Source: Candidatus Moraniibacteriota bacterium | GTDB taxonomy: Bacteria > Patescibacteriota > Minisyncoccia > Moranbacterales > UBA9337 | Direction: 5' to 3' | Length of the DNA: 64,000 nucleotides | Assembly (NCBI GenBank): GCA_026985555.1 | Contig: JALSQF010000003.1 | Location: 62,605-126,604 of the forward strand | Shown: piece after piece, positions 53,318-63,091 of the stretch | Layout of the letters: every line of letters begins with the position of its first letter | How positions within the stretch are numbered: the stretch's first letter is position 1 | The notes under the pieces: generated by a model | The model's input: the letters and a program-made list of their open reading frames with translations, nothing else | What the model was told of the DNA's origin: nothing | Databases searched by the model: none | Position numbers and translations under genes: made by a program

Positions 53318-53351
53318 TAAAAAATCAATATTTGTAAATATTGATTTTTTA
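53318..53351 (+). terminator. AT-rich palindromic hairpin plus T-run after 5S
   Basis: aaaaaatcaatattt-gt-aaatattgatttttt. Confidence 0.45.
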
Positions 53352-53413
53352 ATAAATTTTAGTTATGCTATTAAAGTGTTGAAATAATAATAGTATAAAT
53401 TACTAGGAAAAAA

Positions 53414-53500
53414 GGAGAGGTGCCTGAGTGGTTGAAAGGGGCACCCTGCTAAGGTGTTGTACCTTCACAGGTACCGAGGGTTCGAATCCCTCCCTCTCCG
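53414..53500 (+). tRNA. tRNA-Ser (anticodon GCT), class II with long variable arm
   Basis: Acceptor GGAGAGG/CCTCTCC, anticodon loop CTGCTAA, long variable arm, T-loop TTCGAAT. Confidence 0.9.
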
Positions 53501-53593
53501 CAAATTTGCAATTTTTGCATTTTTGGCTGAATTTGGAGCGGAGCAAAGCTCCTCTGAGGCCGCGCTTTGCGCGAAAAGGGCTGAATTTACAAG

Positions 53594-55233
53594 GATTTGC
53601 CACGCTCCGCGTGGTCAAAAAGAAATGTTTTGGTTTTGAATTTGGAAGTTCGAACCAATCTTTTTTAGAAAATCTCGAATCCCTTCGGGATTTTCTTTGG
53701 AAGCGATAATTTTGGCTTGTTTACTGTCTTTTATAAATTTCTCGGCGAGTTCGAACCGATTATCGCTTTTTTGCTCAAAAGACTTCAATTTGTCTTTCAA
53801 AACTTGTTTTTGATTGATGAGTTTGTTTTTCGCTTTCTGATATTCTTTGATGTTCAAAACACTTTCCAGATAAGCGTTCATCAGCTTTTTCAGTTTCTCG
53901 TCAATTTTTGCGATTTCTTGTTTTATCTTTTGAGCAAAAAAGTTTGATGATTGCGCCTTTACTTTTCTTTCTTTTTCAATCTCTTTCAACATCCAATCGG
54001 CGCAATCATCAGACAAAGAAACTTTTTGTATTGCTTCGTTGATTTGAGATGAAATTTTTTCTTCTCTCGTAAATACATTTTGCGTGCATTTATGGTTTGG
54101 GTTTTTCCTTGTGCAATAGTAGTAAATATATTCCTTACCGCTTTTCTTGATTTTCTTGTCCGCCGTGATTGAATATCCGCACTCTCCGCACTTGAAAATT
54201 CCCCGATAAAGAAAAAATTTCATCTTGTCCGCTTTTTACGGTTTGGACTTTCTTTTCATCACTTCTTGCACTTGGTCAAAAAGTTTCTTTGTGATAATCG
54301 GTTCGTGCTTTCCTTCGTAAAATTCGCCATTGTAGCGGATTAGTCCGTAATAGAAAGGATTTTGCAATAAATACTGATAATTGGAAACGGAAAGCATTTT
54401 TCCTCGCCGCCCGCGCAAGCCAAGCTCGTTGATAATCTTTCGGAGTTCTCTCAATGTGTATTTGCCTGTCGCGTAGGCCTCAAATGCCTTTTTTATGAGA
54501 GGGGCTTTTTCTTTATCCAAATAAATCATTTTTGTTTTCTTGTCGTTCAAATATCCCAAAGGGGCCATTTGAGGCCATAAACCTTGCTTTAACTTTTGGC
54601 GGTGTCCTCTTTTGATATTCTCCGAAAGATTATCAACATAATATTTTGACTGCCCAAAAGCGATGGAAAGCATAAATTTTCCTTGAGGAGTTGGGTCAAA
54701 CCAGAAAGTCGGGAATTTTAGCTCTTTGATAACGCCAATATCAACAAGATAAATAATTTGCCCGCCGTCAACGCTGTTTCTTGCCAGTCTGTCGGGGTGC
54801 CACGCTAAAATTCCCGTTGCTTCGCCCGCTTCCATTCGCTTTAACATATCGGCAAACATCGGTCGCCCGGGCTTTTTGGCGGTTTGTTTTTCTACGATAA
54901 TATCAACAATTTCCAAATTTTCTTTTTTCGCCAACTCTTTCAATTCCGCTATTTGGTCGGCAATGTTTCGCACTTGCCGATCTTCCGAATCGGTAGACTT
55001 GCGGGCGTAAATGAAAAACTTTCTGGTTTGATTTTTTGCTTTATTGTCTTTATTGTCTTTGCTCATATTTTTGGCAGTCAAAATATTAAAAAATTATTGC
55101 TTCCAAGTTTCGTCAAAGGCGAAACGAAAAAAGATTGGTTGGCAAAACTTCGTTTGCTTTGGGTTTTACCCAAACGAACTTCCAACTCCAACACCAAAAC
55201 ATTTCTTTTTGCCCGCGCGGAGCGTGGCAAATC
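53594..55233. mobile_element. serine-recombinase element bounded by imperfect inverted repeats (IR-L 53594-53666; IR-R 55127-55233)
   Basis: The reverse complement of 55127-55233 aligns with 53594-53666 at about 85% identity, apart from a 34-bp hairpin insertion at 55141-55174. The shared core is gatttgccacgctccgcg. Confidence 0.6.
53615..55081 (-). pseudogene. large serine recombinase interrupted by one in-frame TAA (fragments 54236-55081 and 53615-54223)
   Basis: The N-terminal fragment has the YARKST catalytic serine motif and resolvase domain. The C-terminal fragment has the zinc ribbon CGECG...YYYC and a coiled coil. Both fragments are in the same frame, separated by TAA plus four codons. 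Confidence 0.7.
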
Positions 55234-55691
55234 GCCCTAAAATGGGGTTTTGGCGCGCGTAGCGCGCCTGCCGAGCGGCTTTGCCGCGAGGCAATATCTT
55301 CCCAAAATGACAAAATCGTAAATTGGCGGTACTGTTTGGACGAAATTCTAACCTTTTTTGAGCAAAATCCAGAGGATTTTGAGGATTGAATCCCGCCCAG
55401 CGTTTCCGCCCGCCTCCGCTTCGCTGCGGCGACAGGCAAAACAGAAAATTTTTCTTTTCCTTAATTGAAAAAAATTTGGGCGTGTGAGTAAAAAATGTTT
55501 AGAAAAATTGTGCGAGAAAAAAATAAAAAAGTAGAGAATAAAAGAGAAATTAAAAACAAATAAAAAATTGTACTGAATTTTAATTTTCTACTAAAAATAT
55601 AAATTATAAATAGTAATAGATATGTATATAATAATTTAAAATATATGAGAATAATTTTTTTTAGAAGTAAAAATGTATCCTAAAATAGGTA

Positions 55692-55720
55692 TTGACAAAG
55701 CAGAAAAAATATATTAAAAT
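55692..55720 (+). promoter_or_regulatory. consensus sigma70 promoter TTGACA-N17-TAAAAT
   Basis: Read directly. Confidence 0.5.
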
Positions 55721-55773
55721 AAGAAGTTAAGTTAATTTAAAAAAGAAAAAATAAAGAAAAAAGGAGGGAAAAA

Positions 55774-55938
55774 ATGATTAAAAAAATAAAAATGAATTTT
55801 AATTTTTTATTTTTAAAAAAAGGAGATCTTATCCAGCTCTCCGTTGTGAGAGAGTTGGATAAGAGAGAAGACCAGCTCATGGAGTGTTTGTGTGAGCTGG
55901 TCTTGAATCACAGAGATAAAATTTCTGTGGTTAAATAA
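55774..55938 (+). CDS. 54-aa small protein (MIKKIKMNFNFLFLKKGDLIQLSVVRELDKREDQLMECLCELVLNHRDKISVVK)
   Basis: AAGGAGGG RBS 6 nt upstream and a consensus promoter. Followed by the hairpin accggagaaag...ctttctccggt plus T-run at 55945-55985. Absent from the ORF track because it is under 60 aa. Confidence 0.45.
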   Translation: MIKKIKMNFNFLFLKKGDLIQLSVVRELDKREDQLMECLCELVLNHRDKISVVK

Positions 55939-55944
55939 AAAATA

Positions 55945-55985
55945 AACCGGAGAAAAGTTATAATTCTTTCTCCGGTATTTTATTG
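55945..55985 (+). terminator. rho-independent terminator
   Basis: 11-bp perfect stem followed by tattttatt. Confidence 0.6.
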
Positions 55986-55995
55986 TTAATTAGAT

Positions 55996-57099
55996 TTAGC
56001 TTATTTCACGAGACCAGTCTTCAACAATTTTACTTGTTTTAAAATTATTAAGTCCTATTTGTCTTTGTTGTAATTTTTTAAAGTTTATTTTCTTAAAATC
56101 ATTTTCAAAATCATCTAAACTTAATAATATCCCGTTTGGTCCATAATAGGGGTATTTTATTTTTTGATTAAAATCTAAAGTAGGATCAATAATTTCTCTA
56201 GCACCAGTTTTAAAGTCGGAAGTAATAATGGGCAAGTTACAAGCCATAGCCTCAATTAAAACATTAGGAAATCCTTCTGCTTGAGAAGCAAAAATAAAAT
56301 AATCAGCCAGATTTAAATATTTGTAAACATTCTTTTTTTTGCCTAATAAAAAAACTTGTTTATTTAAATTGTATTTTTGAATTAAATTTTGCAAGTTATT
56401 TTTTTCTGGTCCCTCGCCAAGCACAAGCAACTTTTTTTTATGAGGTAATTTTCTAAAAGATTTAATTATAACTCCTATGTTTTTTAATTTATCTAATCTT
56501 CCAACGGTAATAAATATGGTGTCACGCTGATTTTTTAAAAAAAGCTTTGTTTCTTTGTGGTAAAGTTGTGTTATTTTAGCTGTGTTTACGGGATTATAAA
56601 TAACTTTTATTTTATCTAATGATATATTGAGTTGTGTAGCTAAATTTTGTTTATTTTCTTGTGAATTTACGATTATTTTTTGTGCTTTAGGATATAATAA
56701 TTTAGTGAATAATAAATAAAGTTTACCGATTAAACTAGATTGATTAAAGAAAAAAAAAGAGGTGCGAAAAGAAATTATAGCATTTTTATTGGTTAAAATA
56801 TTAACAAAATTAGCAATTTCTAAAAAACTGATTATTTTATAAGGTTGATATTTTTTAAGAAGTTTTTTTAATTTCCAGACGTAGAAAAGAAAAAAAGGAA
56901 TCATTAAAACATTGTTTTTTATATTAGAAAAGGAAATAATTTTAATGTTTTTTGGCAAATCATAAAAACGACTATCTTTTAAAAGAATGAGATGAATTTT
57001 AAATTTTTTAGATAATTTAGGTAAAATATTTGATAATACTCTTTCTGCTCCACCGGATTCTAGAGAATTTATCATAAAAAAGATGGTTTTTTTGTTCAT
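55996..57099 (-). CDS. family 4 (GT-B) glycosyltransferase
   Basis: EGFPNVLIEAMACNLPIITSD is an EX7E-type motif. Confidence 0.75.
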   Translation of the reverse strand: MNKKTIFFMINSLESGGAERVLSNILPKLSKKFKIHLILLKDSRFYDLPKNIKIISFSNIKNNVLMIPFFLFYVWKLKKLLKKYQPYKIISFLEIANFVNILTNKNAIISFRTSFFFFNQSSLIGKLYLLFTKLLYPKAQKIIVNSQENKQNLATQLNISLDKIKVIYNPVNTAKITQLYHKETKLFLKNQRDTIFITVGRLDKLKNIGVIIKSFRKLPHKKKLLVLGEGPEKNNLQNLIQKYNLNKQVFLLGKKKNVYKYLNLADYFIFASQAEGFPNVLIEAMACNLPIITSDFKTGAREIIDPTLDFNQKIKYPYYGPNGILLSLDDFENDFKKINFKKLQQRQIGLNNFKTSKIVEDWSREIS

Positions 57100-57129
57100 A
57101 AATATTTTTTTAAAATAGGTTGCATATTA

Positions 57130-59043
57130 TTAATTTTGATCAAAAAATTCTCTAAACCATAATTCTAAAGTTAGTAGTGCCCAAATACGATAAGCATGAT
57201 TTATTTTAGTATTTACATGAGTATCTAATAATTTTTTGATATTTTCTTTTTTAAAAAGATTTCTAGAGATTGCTCTGTTAGATAATAATATTTCATAAAT
57301 ATAATCTTTCATTTCGTTACGAAACCAATGTTCAATGGGAACACCAAAACCCATTTTTTTTCTATATAAAATTTCTTTAGGGACTAAATCTTTTTCTAAA
57401 GCCTTTTTAAGAATGTATTTCTTATTATTTAATCCTTTTAATTTTAAGTTAGCTGGTATTTGAGCGGTCATTTCCATAAATTTATGATCTAAAAACGGAG
57501 AACGACTTTCTAAACCATTAGCCATTGTGGCAATATCTACCTTAACTAATAAATCATCAGGTAAATAGGTGGCAATATCAGTGTAAATAGTTTGTTCCAC
57601 TTTATTTCTTGCTTGAGCTTTTTGAAAAGTATGTATTAAAATGTCGTTAGTAATTAAATTACCTACTTTATTTTGCATTTCGCTAGAGTATAAATTGTTT
57701 TTCGCCTTCCGAGAAAAATATTGAATATACGACAAGTATCTTTCGTTGTAGGGAAAGGATAAAGTTTCAGCAAAAGTTTGAGCATGATTAGTTAGAGTTG
57801 TTTTAAAAATGGAATTAATTAATTTTGCTACGGGTTTAGCTAACACATTATGTAAGGGTCCAATTTTGTCATACCATAAGCTAAATTTTTGTATACTGTA
57901 GCGTCCATAACCAGCAAAATTTTCATCTCCGCCATCACCATTAAGAGCAACCGTAACATATTCTCGTGTTTTTTGGGCTAAATAAAATGTTGGTAAAGCA
58001 CTAGAATCAGCGTAGGGTTCTTCATATTGTTTAACTAACATTGGTAGCATTTCTAAGGCATTGGGTTTAACAATGAATTTATGATGGTCAGTTTTATATT
58101 TATCGGCGATCATTTGAGCATAAATTGTTTCATCATGATCAATTTCATTAAAACCAATAGAAAAAGTTTTAATCGGTTGAGAGCTATTTTTAGCCATTAA
58201 AGCTACCACAGCACTAGAGTCAATCCCTCCAGACAAAAAAGCGCCCAAGGGAACATCGGAAATCATCCTTAATTTTACAGCCGTATTTAATTCTTCTAAA
58301 ATTTTATTTTTCCACTCGTTTTCATTTAAATGTAATTTGTGATTATAATTTAATTGCCAATATTTTCCTTTTTTTCTTTTTCCAGTATTACAATCTATGA
58401 TTAAGTAATGAGCAGGTTCAAGTTTTTGAATATTTTTAAATCCAGTTAAAGGGGCGGGACAATATTGCAAAGTCAAATAGTGGTGGATAGCTTCATAATC
58501 AACTTCTTTCTTGTATTCTGGTTGAGTAAGAATTGATTTTATTTCAGAAGCAAACATAAAAACGTTCGCGTCCTGATAATATTTAAATGGTTTTTTGCCT
58601 AGTCTATCTCTAGCGCAAATTAATTTATTTTTTTGATGATCATAAAGAGCAAAAGCAAACATCCCCCGAAGGTGTTCTAAAAAATTTATTTTATATTTAT
58701 CATACAAAGCCATAATAACTTCTGTATCTGTTTTTGATTGAAAAGAATAATTTTCTTTTTTTAATAATTCTCGTTCTTTTTGAAAGTTATAAATTTCACC
58801 ATTAAAAACAATAGTATATTTTTTCCCTTGGTGTTCATAGTGCATAGGTTGATGTCCCAGAGGAGAAAGATCAATAATAGACAAGCGTCTTTGTCCTAAG
58901 CCAATTTTTTTATTATCACTAATAAAAATTCCAGCATCATCTGGTCCTCGATGATCAATGGCTGTATTCATTTTGTCAATGGCTGTTTCATTTACAAATA
59001 AATTATTTTTTTGAAAGTATATTTTTCCAGTTATCCCACACAT
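57130..59043 (-). CDS. asnB: asparagine synthetase (glutamine-hydrolysing)
   Basis: N-terminal MCGI nucleophile Cys2, SGGIDSS PP-loop. Confidence 0.85.
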   Translation of the reverse strand: MCGITGKIYFQKNNLFVNETAIDKMNTAIDHRGPDDAGIFISDNKKIGLGQRRLSIIDLSPLGHQPMHYEHQGKKYTIVFNGEIYNFQKERELLKKENYSFQSKTDTEVIMALYDKYKINFLEHLRGMFAFALYDHQKNKLICARDRLGKKPFKYYQDANVFMFASEIKSILTQPEYKKEVDYEAIHHYLTLQYCPAPLTGFKNIQKLEPAHYLIIDCNTGKRKKGKYWQLNYNHKLHLNENEWKNKILEELNTAVKLRMISDVPLGAFLSGGIDSSAVVALMAKNSSQPIKTFSIGFNEIDHDETIYAQMIADKYKTDHHKFIVKPNALEMLPMLVKQYEEPYADSSALPTFYLAQKTREYVTVALNGDGGDENFAGYGRYSIQKFSLWYDKIGPLHNVLAKPVAKLINSIFKTTLTNHAQTFAETLSFPYNERYLSYIQYFSRKAKNNLYSSEMQNKVGNLITNDILIHTFQKAQARNKVEQTIYTDIATYLPDDLLVKVDIATMANGLESRSPFLDHKFMEMTAQIPANLKLKGLNNKKYILKKALEKDLVPKEILYRKKMGFGVPIEHWFRNEMKDYIYEILLSNRAISRNLFKKENIKKLLDTHVNTKINHAYRIWALLTLELWFREFFDQN

Positions 59044-59070
59044 TGTATTAATTATATAAGAATTTATTAA

Positions 59071-61206
59071 TTATTTTAATTTCCAAATATAAATTCCATT
59101 TTTATTATAAATCAGAGGATATTTTTTGGTAAGATTTTCTATGTGTGCTCCGTAATAGTTAGCTTTTAACCACCACTCTCTTTGAGCATAAAGATTATCA
59201 AATTTTTGCTTAGAATATAAGGCGTAAATAGATACTTGGTTAGATTTTGTTTTCTTGAGAATAGCTTCTCTTTTTTGGAGTGTTATTGTGACAGTGTCTT
59301 TTAATTGTTTTAAATCACTTAAAGCTTGATTTATCTCAGTTAAATTATTGAGATTATTTTCTTTGACTTTCTTTTTTAATAAGTTTATTTCAACTAATTC
59401 ATTTTGAAGAATTTTTTTTAAATTAACATTAATAGCATTTTGATAAAAAATATCAATTAAATCATCATCTTTTCCGTCAAAAAAATCTTTATTAGGAAAA
59501 GGTGTAATTTGTCTTTGAGAAAAATATTCAATTAGTGGTGAATTTCCTCGTTGAGTAATAAATAAAGAATTAGCAGGTGTATGTTCTTTAATCCATAAGG
59601 TTACTTGATATTCATCAGAGGTTATTAATGATTTTTTTTGTTGTGCAACATAAAATGATCCGATTAATCCTATATTAGATAGAATGAATAAAATTATTAA
59701 AAAAACATGATATTTTTTTTGAGAAAAAATTTTTTCTTTAGTTATTATTTTGAAAAAAAGAACCAACAAGACTAAAAACAAAATATCACTAATAATCCAA
59801 AATCTTTCAGGTAAATAGAAGTAATTTAAACGCGGAAGTATTTCGCTATAAATTAAAAATATAAAAACAAAAGGAAAAACTAAGAAAGAAAGAGTATTTT
59901 TCTTAAGTGATTTATAGTAAATTATATAAAGAAAAAATAAAAACAATATTAAAGGGCTAATGTAGTAAGCATAATATTTTATTAATCCTGTTAGGCCTGA
60001 CCAACCAACCTGATATTGAGAAGCATCTCCGCTATAATTACTTAGGAACCACCAGCGCCATTGGTTTATTTGAATGATTTGATGAAAGATTCTTTTAAAC
60101 GTATTTATTCCAAACTGAATAATATAAAGATGTTCTGCTAATAAAACAAAAATTAATAAAACAATTACGAAAAAAAGAAAAAGAATTATTTTATTTTTTG
60201 TATCTTGATAATAATATTTTTTATAGAAAAAATAAAAAACAAAAATTGTATGAATTATAAAGACAATTAAAAAAAATTCATGATAATTTAATCCTCCTAT
60301 AGCAATTAAGCTAGATAGTGCCCAATATCCAGCTTTATTTTGTTTAAAAGCTTGATAAATAAAATAAATATAAATAGGAAATAAAATAAGAAAAATAGTT
60401 TGCGGTCTAACCACATCCGTTTCCATATTTAAAACAGGAATACCAAAAGTGGAAAAAAGAATGATAAACTGACTTATTTTGTCGTTGATTTTTAATTTTT
60501 GAATAAATTGAAAAATGACCAATAAAAAAGTAAGTTGAAAAAAAACAAATACAGTAGAAAAAAAAGTATAAAGATTTATTTTAGAAAATTGATGCAAAAT
60601 AATAATAGCAGTTGAAAAAAATCCGCGATAATTATTGAGTATTCTATTATTATTAATAATTTTTTTTATTTCAATCATTTTAGAGTATCCATCCCATTCA
60701 GGTATAAATTTATAATAATGAAAGTTAATTAAATGTATTATTCCAAATAAAACAATGGTGACAAAGAGAGGCCAGTATTTTTTGTAAAACTTTAAAATAA
60801 TATTGATATTAAAAGAAAAAGAGCAGGGTTTCTTCCTTTTTTTATTTGGGATAGATAAGAAAATAGCAATTAAGGAAATAATAACACTAACTAATAAGAT
60901 GTTTTTTAGATTAAAAGATAAATTAAAAAAATAATTACTCAAAAAATAAAAAGGAGTATAAAGAGTAAAAAATATAGTTAACAAAAACAATATAAGTTCC
61001 AAATTATTTTCATATTCTAATCCGAAAATATAAATCAAATTAAAAGGAGTGATAAATAATAAATAAAATAACCCACTGATATTTAATAGGAAATTAAAGT
61101 TTAAAAATGAGTGTAATAAATAACCAGCTAAATAAATCAACAAAGTAACCAAATTTAAAGTAATTAAATTATTTTTTAGCCAAGAGTTTTTTGAATACTG
61201 TCTCAT
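59071..61206 (-). CDS. large polytopic membrane protein, possibly a GT-C-type glycosyltransferase or glycan polymerase
   Basis: More than 12 predicted transmembrane helices plus a C-terminal soluble domain; lies inside the glycan locus. Confidence 0.3.
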   Translation of the reverse strand: MRQYSKNSWLKNNLITLNLVTLLIYLAGYLLHSFLNFNFLLNISGLFYLLFITPFNLIYIFGLEYENNLELILFLLTIFFTLYTPFYFLSNYFFNLSFNLKNILLVSVIISLIAIFLSIPNKKRKKPCSFSFNINIILKFYKKYWPLFVTIVLFGIIHLINFHYYKFIPEWDGYSKMIEIKKIINNNRILNNYRGFFSTAIIILHQFSKINLYTFFSTVFVFFQLTFLLVIFQFIQKLKINDKISQFIILFSTFGIPVLNMETDVVRPQTIFLILFPIYIYFIYQAFKQNKAGYWALSSLIAIGGLNYHEFFLIVFIIHTIFVFYFFYKKYYYQDTKNKIILFLFFVIVLLIFVLLAEHLYIIQFGINTFKRIFHQIIQINQWRWWFLSNYSGDASQYQVGWSGLTGLIKYYAYYISPLILFLFFLYIIYYKSLKKNTLSFLVFPFVFIFLIYSEILPRLNYFYLPERFWIISDILFLVLLVLFFKIITKEKIFSQKKYHVFLIILFILSNIGLIGSFYVAQQKKSLITSDEYQVTLWIKEHTPANSLFITQRGNSPLIEYFSQRQITPFPNKDFFDGKDDDLIDIFYQNAINVNLKKILQNELVEINLLKKKVKENNLNNLTEINQALSDLKQLKDTVTITLQKREAILKKTKSNQVSIYALYSKQKFDNLYAQREWWLKANYYGAHIENLTKKYPLIYNKNGIYIWKLK

Positions 61207-62368
61207 ATTTTTCTATTGATTTTTGCCAAGAAAAATTTTGTTTAATGTGATTACGAGCTTTTTGTCCAAATATTTTTATTTTATCAGGATTATCAATTAA
61301 ATCAATTAATCTGTGAGTTAAAGAATTAATATCCTTAGGTTTTATTAAATAACCGCTTTGTTTATTTTTTATAATTTGATTGGTTCCACCAACATTAGTG
61401 GCAATGATGGCCTTTCCACAGGTTGCTGCTTCTAAAACAGAAGTAGGCAATCCTTCGGTATAACTAGGATTTACAAAAATATGAGATGCTTTTAAAATAG
61501 CAATTACTTCATGATGTTTTTTGCTTCCTAATAATTGAATATATTTTTTTAAACCTTTTTTCTGTATAATTTTTTGGAGATTTTTTTCTTGTGGTCCGGA
61601 GCCGATTATTAAACACACTATTTTTTTATTAGTTTCTTTTGATGTAATAATATTTTGTATAGCTTGAATTAAATCTTTTATTCCTTTGCCGTCAATTATT
61701 CTACCAACAAAGGTAATAATTAGTTTATTTAAATATTTTCTTTGAATGCTTTGAGAAAGTAAGATGTTATCTATATTTTCAATATCTATTCCTCTGTGGA
61801 TAACAGTTTGACAAGTATTTTTGTTTTTAGTTAGCTGATTACAAAAATTAGCTACTTCTTGGGAAATGGCAATAACTTTGTCGGTAGATTTTAAAATTAT
61901 TTTTCCAAAAGTATAGTCATAAATTTTAGCAATGAAAGTAACAAATTTTCCGCCAGATTGTACGAAATCAGAACCATGTTCAATATGTAGCCATTTTATT
62001 CTTTTAAATTTTGATAAAAATAATGATAGTATGGAGGTTGAAAAAAAACGAGTGTGAGAAATAATTAAGGTGTATTTTTTGTGAAATAAATTATAATACA
62101 GTTGCCAGAATTTTAAAGACCAAAATTTGGGTAGTGGGTAATTGGGTACAATTTCAAAAGCAGGAAAGCGTATAATCTTTATATTATCTTTTGTTTCTTG
62201 AAGCGGAGTATCCTTAGGTAAGTGTGGAGTAAATACTGTAATTTGATGTTTTCTTTTTTCTAAATAATTATTAAATTCAGCAGAATAAAATTCCAACCCA
62301 CCAATGTGAGGTGGATAGTAGGGAGAAAAAACTAATATTTTCATAAATTTGTTTGAATGTAAATGCAT
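61169..62368 (-). CDS. family 4 (GT-B) glycosyltransferase
   Basis: EGLPTSVLEAATCGKAIIATNVGG EX7E motif. Confidence 0.75.
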   Translation of the reverse strand: MHLHSNKFMKILVFSPYYPPHIGGLEFYSAEFNNYLEKRKHQITVFTPHLPKDTPLQETKDNIKIIRFPAFEIVPNYPLPKFWSLKFWQLYYNLFHKKYTLIISHTRFFSTSILSLFLSKFKRIKWLHIEHGSDFVQSGGKFVTFIAKIYDYTFGKIILKSTDKVIAISQEVANFCNQLTKNKNTCQTVIHRGIDIENIDNILLSQSIQRKYLNKLIITFVGRIIDGKGIKDLIQAIQNIITSKETNKKIVCLIIGSGPQEKNLQKIIQKKGLKKYIQLLGSKKHHEVIAILKASHIFVNPSYTEGLPTSVLEAATCGKAIIATNVGGTNQIIKNKQSGYLIKPKDINSLTHRLIDLIDNPDKIKIFGQKARNHIKQNFSWQKSIEKYETVFKKLLAKK

Positions 62369-62405
62369 TATATAGTATAATTAAAAAAAATTAAAGATTT
62401 GAATT

Positions 62406-63071
62406 ATGAAAAAAATTTTTCTTATTATTCCAGTTTATAATGAAAGCAAGGTACTGAAAGAAACATTAGAAGAAATTAAGCAATATGGATATGATAAAAT
62501 TATAGTAGTGGATGATGGAAGTTCAGATGATAGTTTTGATATAGCCAGAAAAGAGTGTTTAGCTTTAAAACTGGAAATTAATAGAGGAAAGGGAGCGGCT
62601 GTAAAAACGGGAATAGAAGCGGCTAAAAAATTAGGAGCAGATGTGGTTGTAACATTAGATGGAGATGGGCAACATAATCCTAAAGATATTAAGAAAATGT
62701 TACAATTAATAAATGATAAATATGATGTTGTTTTAGGGAGTAGATTAAAAAATCCTCAAGGAATGCCTTGGTATAAAATTATGCATAATCAAATAGGTAA
62801 TTTTTTTACTTGGATAATTTATGGATTATGGGTTAGCGATAGTCAATCCGGATTTAGAGCTTATTCTAGGAAAGCTATTGATTTAATAGATACCAAAACT
62901 GATCGTTATGAATATGATAGTGAAATAATTAGAGAGATTAAAAAACATAAACTAAGCTATACAGAAATTCCCATTGAAGTTCGTTATACACAATATTCTA
63001 TGAATAAGAAAAATAAACAAAATTTTATTAACGGCATAAAAACGTTAATTAAAATGTTAATTTATAGTTAA
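62406..63071 (+). CDS. family 2 glycosyltransferase (dolichyl/polyprenyl-phosphate sugar synthase-like)
   Basis: VDDGSSDDS and DGDGQH motifs. Confidence 0.75.
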   Translation: MKKIFLIIPVYNESKVLKETLEEIKQYGYDKIIVVDDGSSDDSFDIARKECLALKLEINRGKGAAVKTGIEAAKKLGADVVVTLDGDGQHNPKDIKKMLQLINDKYDVVLGSRLKNPQGMPWYKIMHNQIGNFFTWIIYGLWVSDSQSGFRAYSRKAIDLIDTKTDRYEYDSEIIREIKKHKLSYTEIPIEVRYTQYSMNKKNKQNFINGIKTLIKMLIYS

Positions 63072-63091
63072 GTTAATTTAATTTTTAATAA

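Noticed and set aside
54224-54238. Stop-codon reassignment or programmed read-through in the serine recombinase
   Set aside because: The interrupting codon is TAA, which is used as a normal stop throughout the window. A nonsense mutation or pseudogene is the simpler reading.
55373-55394. A second tRNA gene within the recombinase region
   Set aside because: Only a degenerate T-arm and acceptor-like fragment (gaggattgaatcccgcc) is present, with no full cloverleaf. It is at most an att or tRNA remnant.
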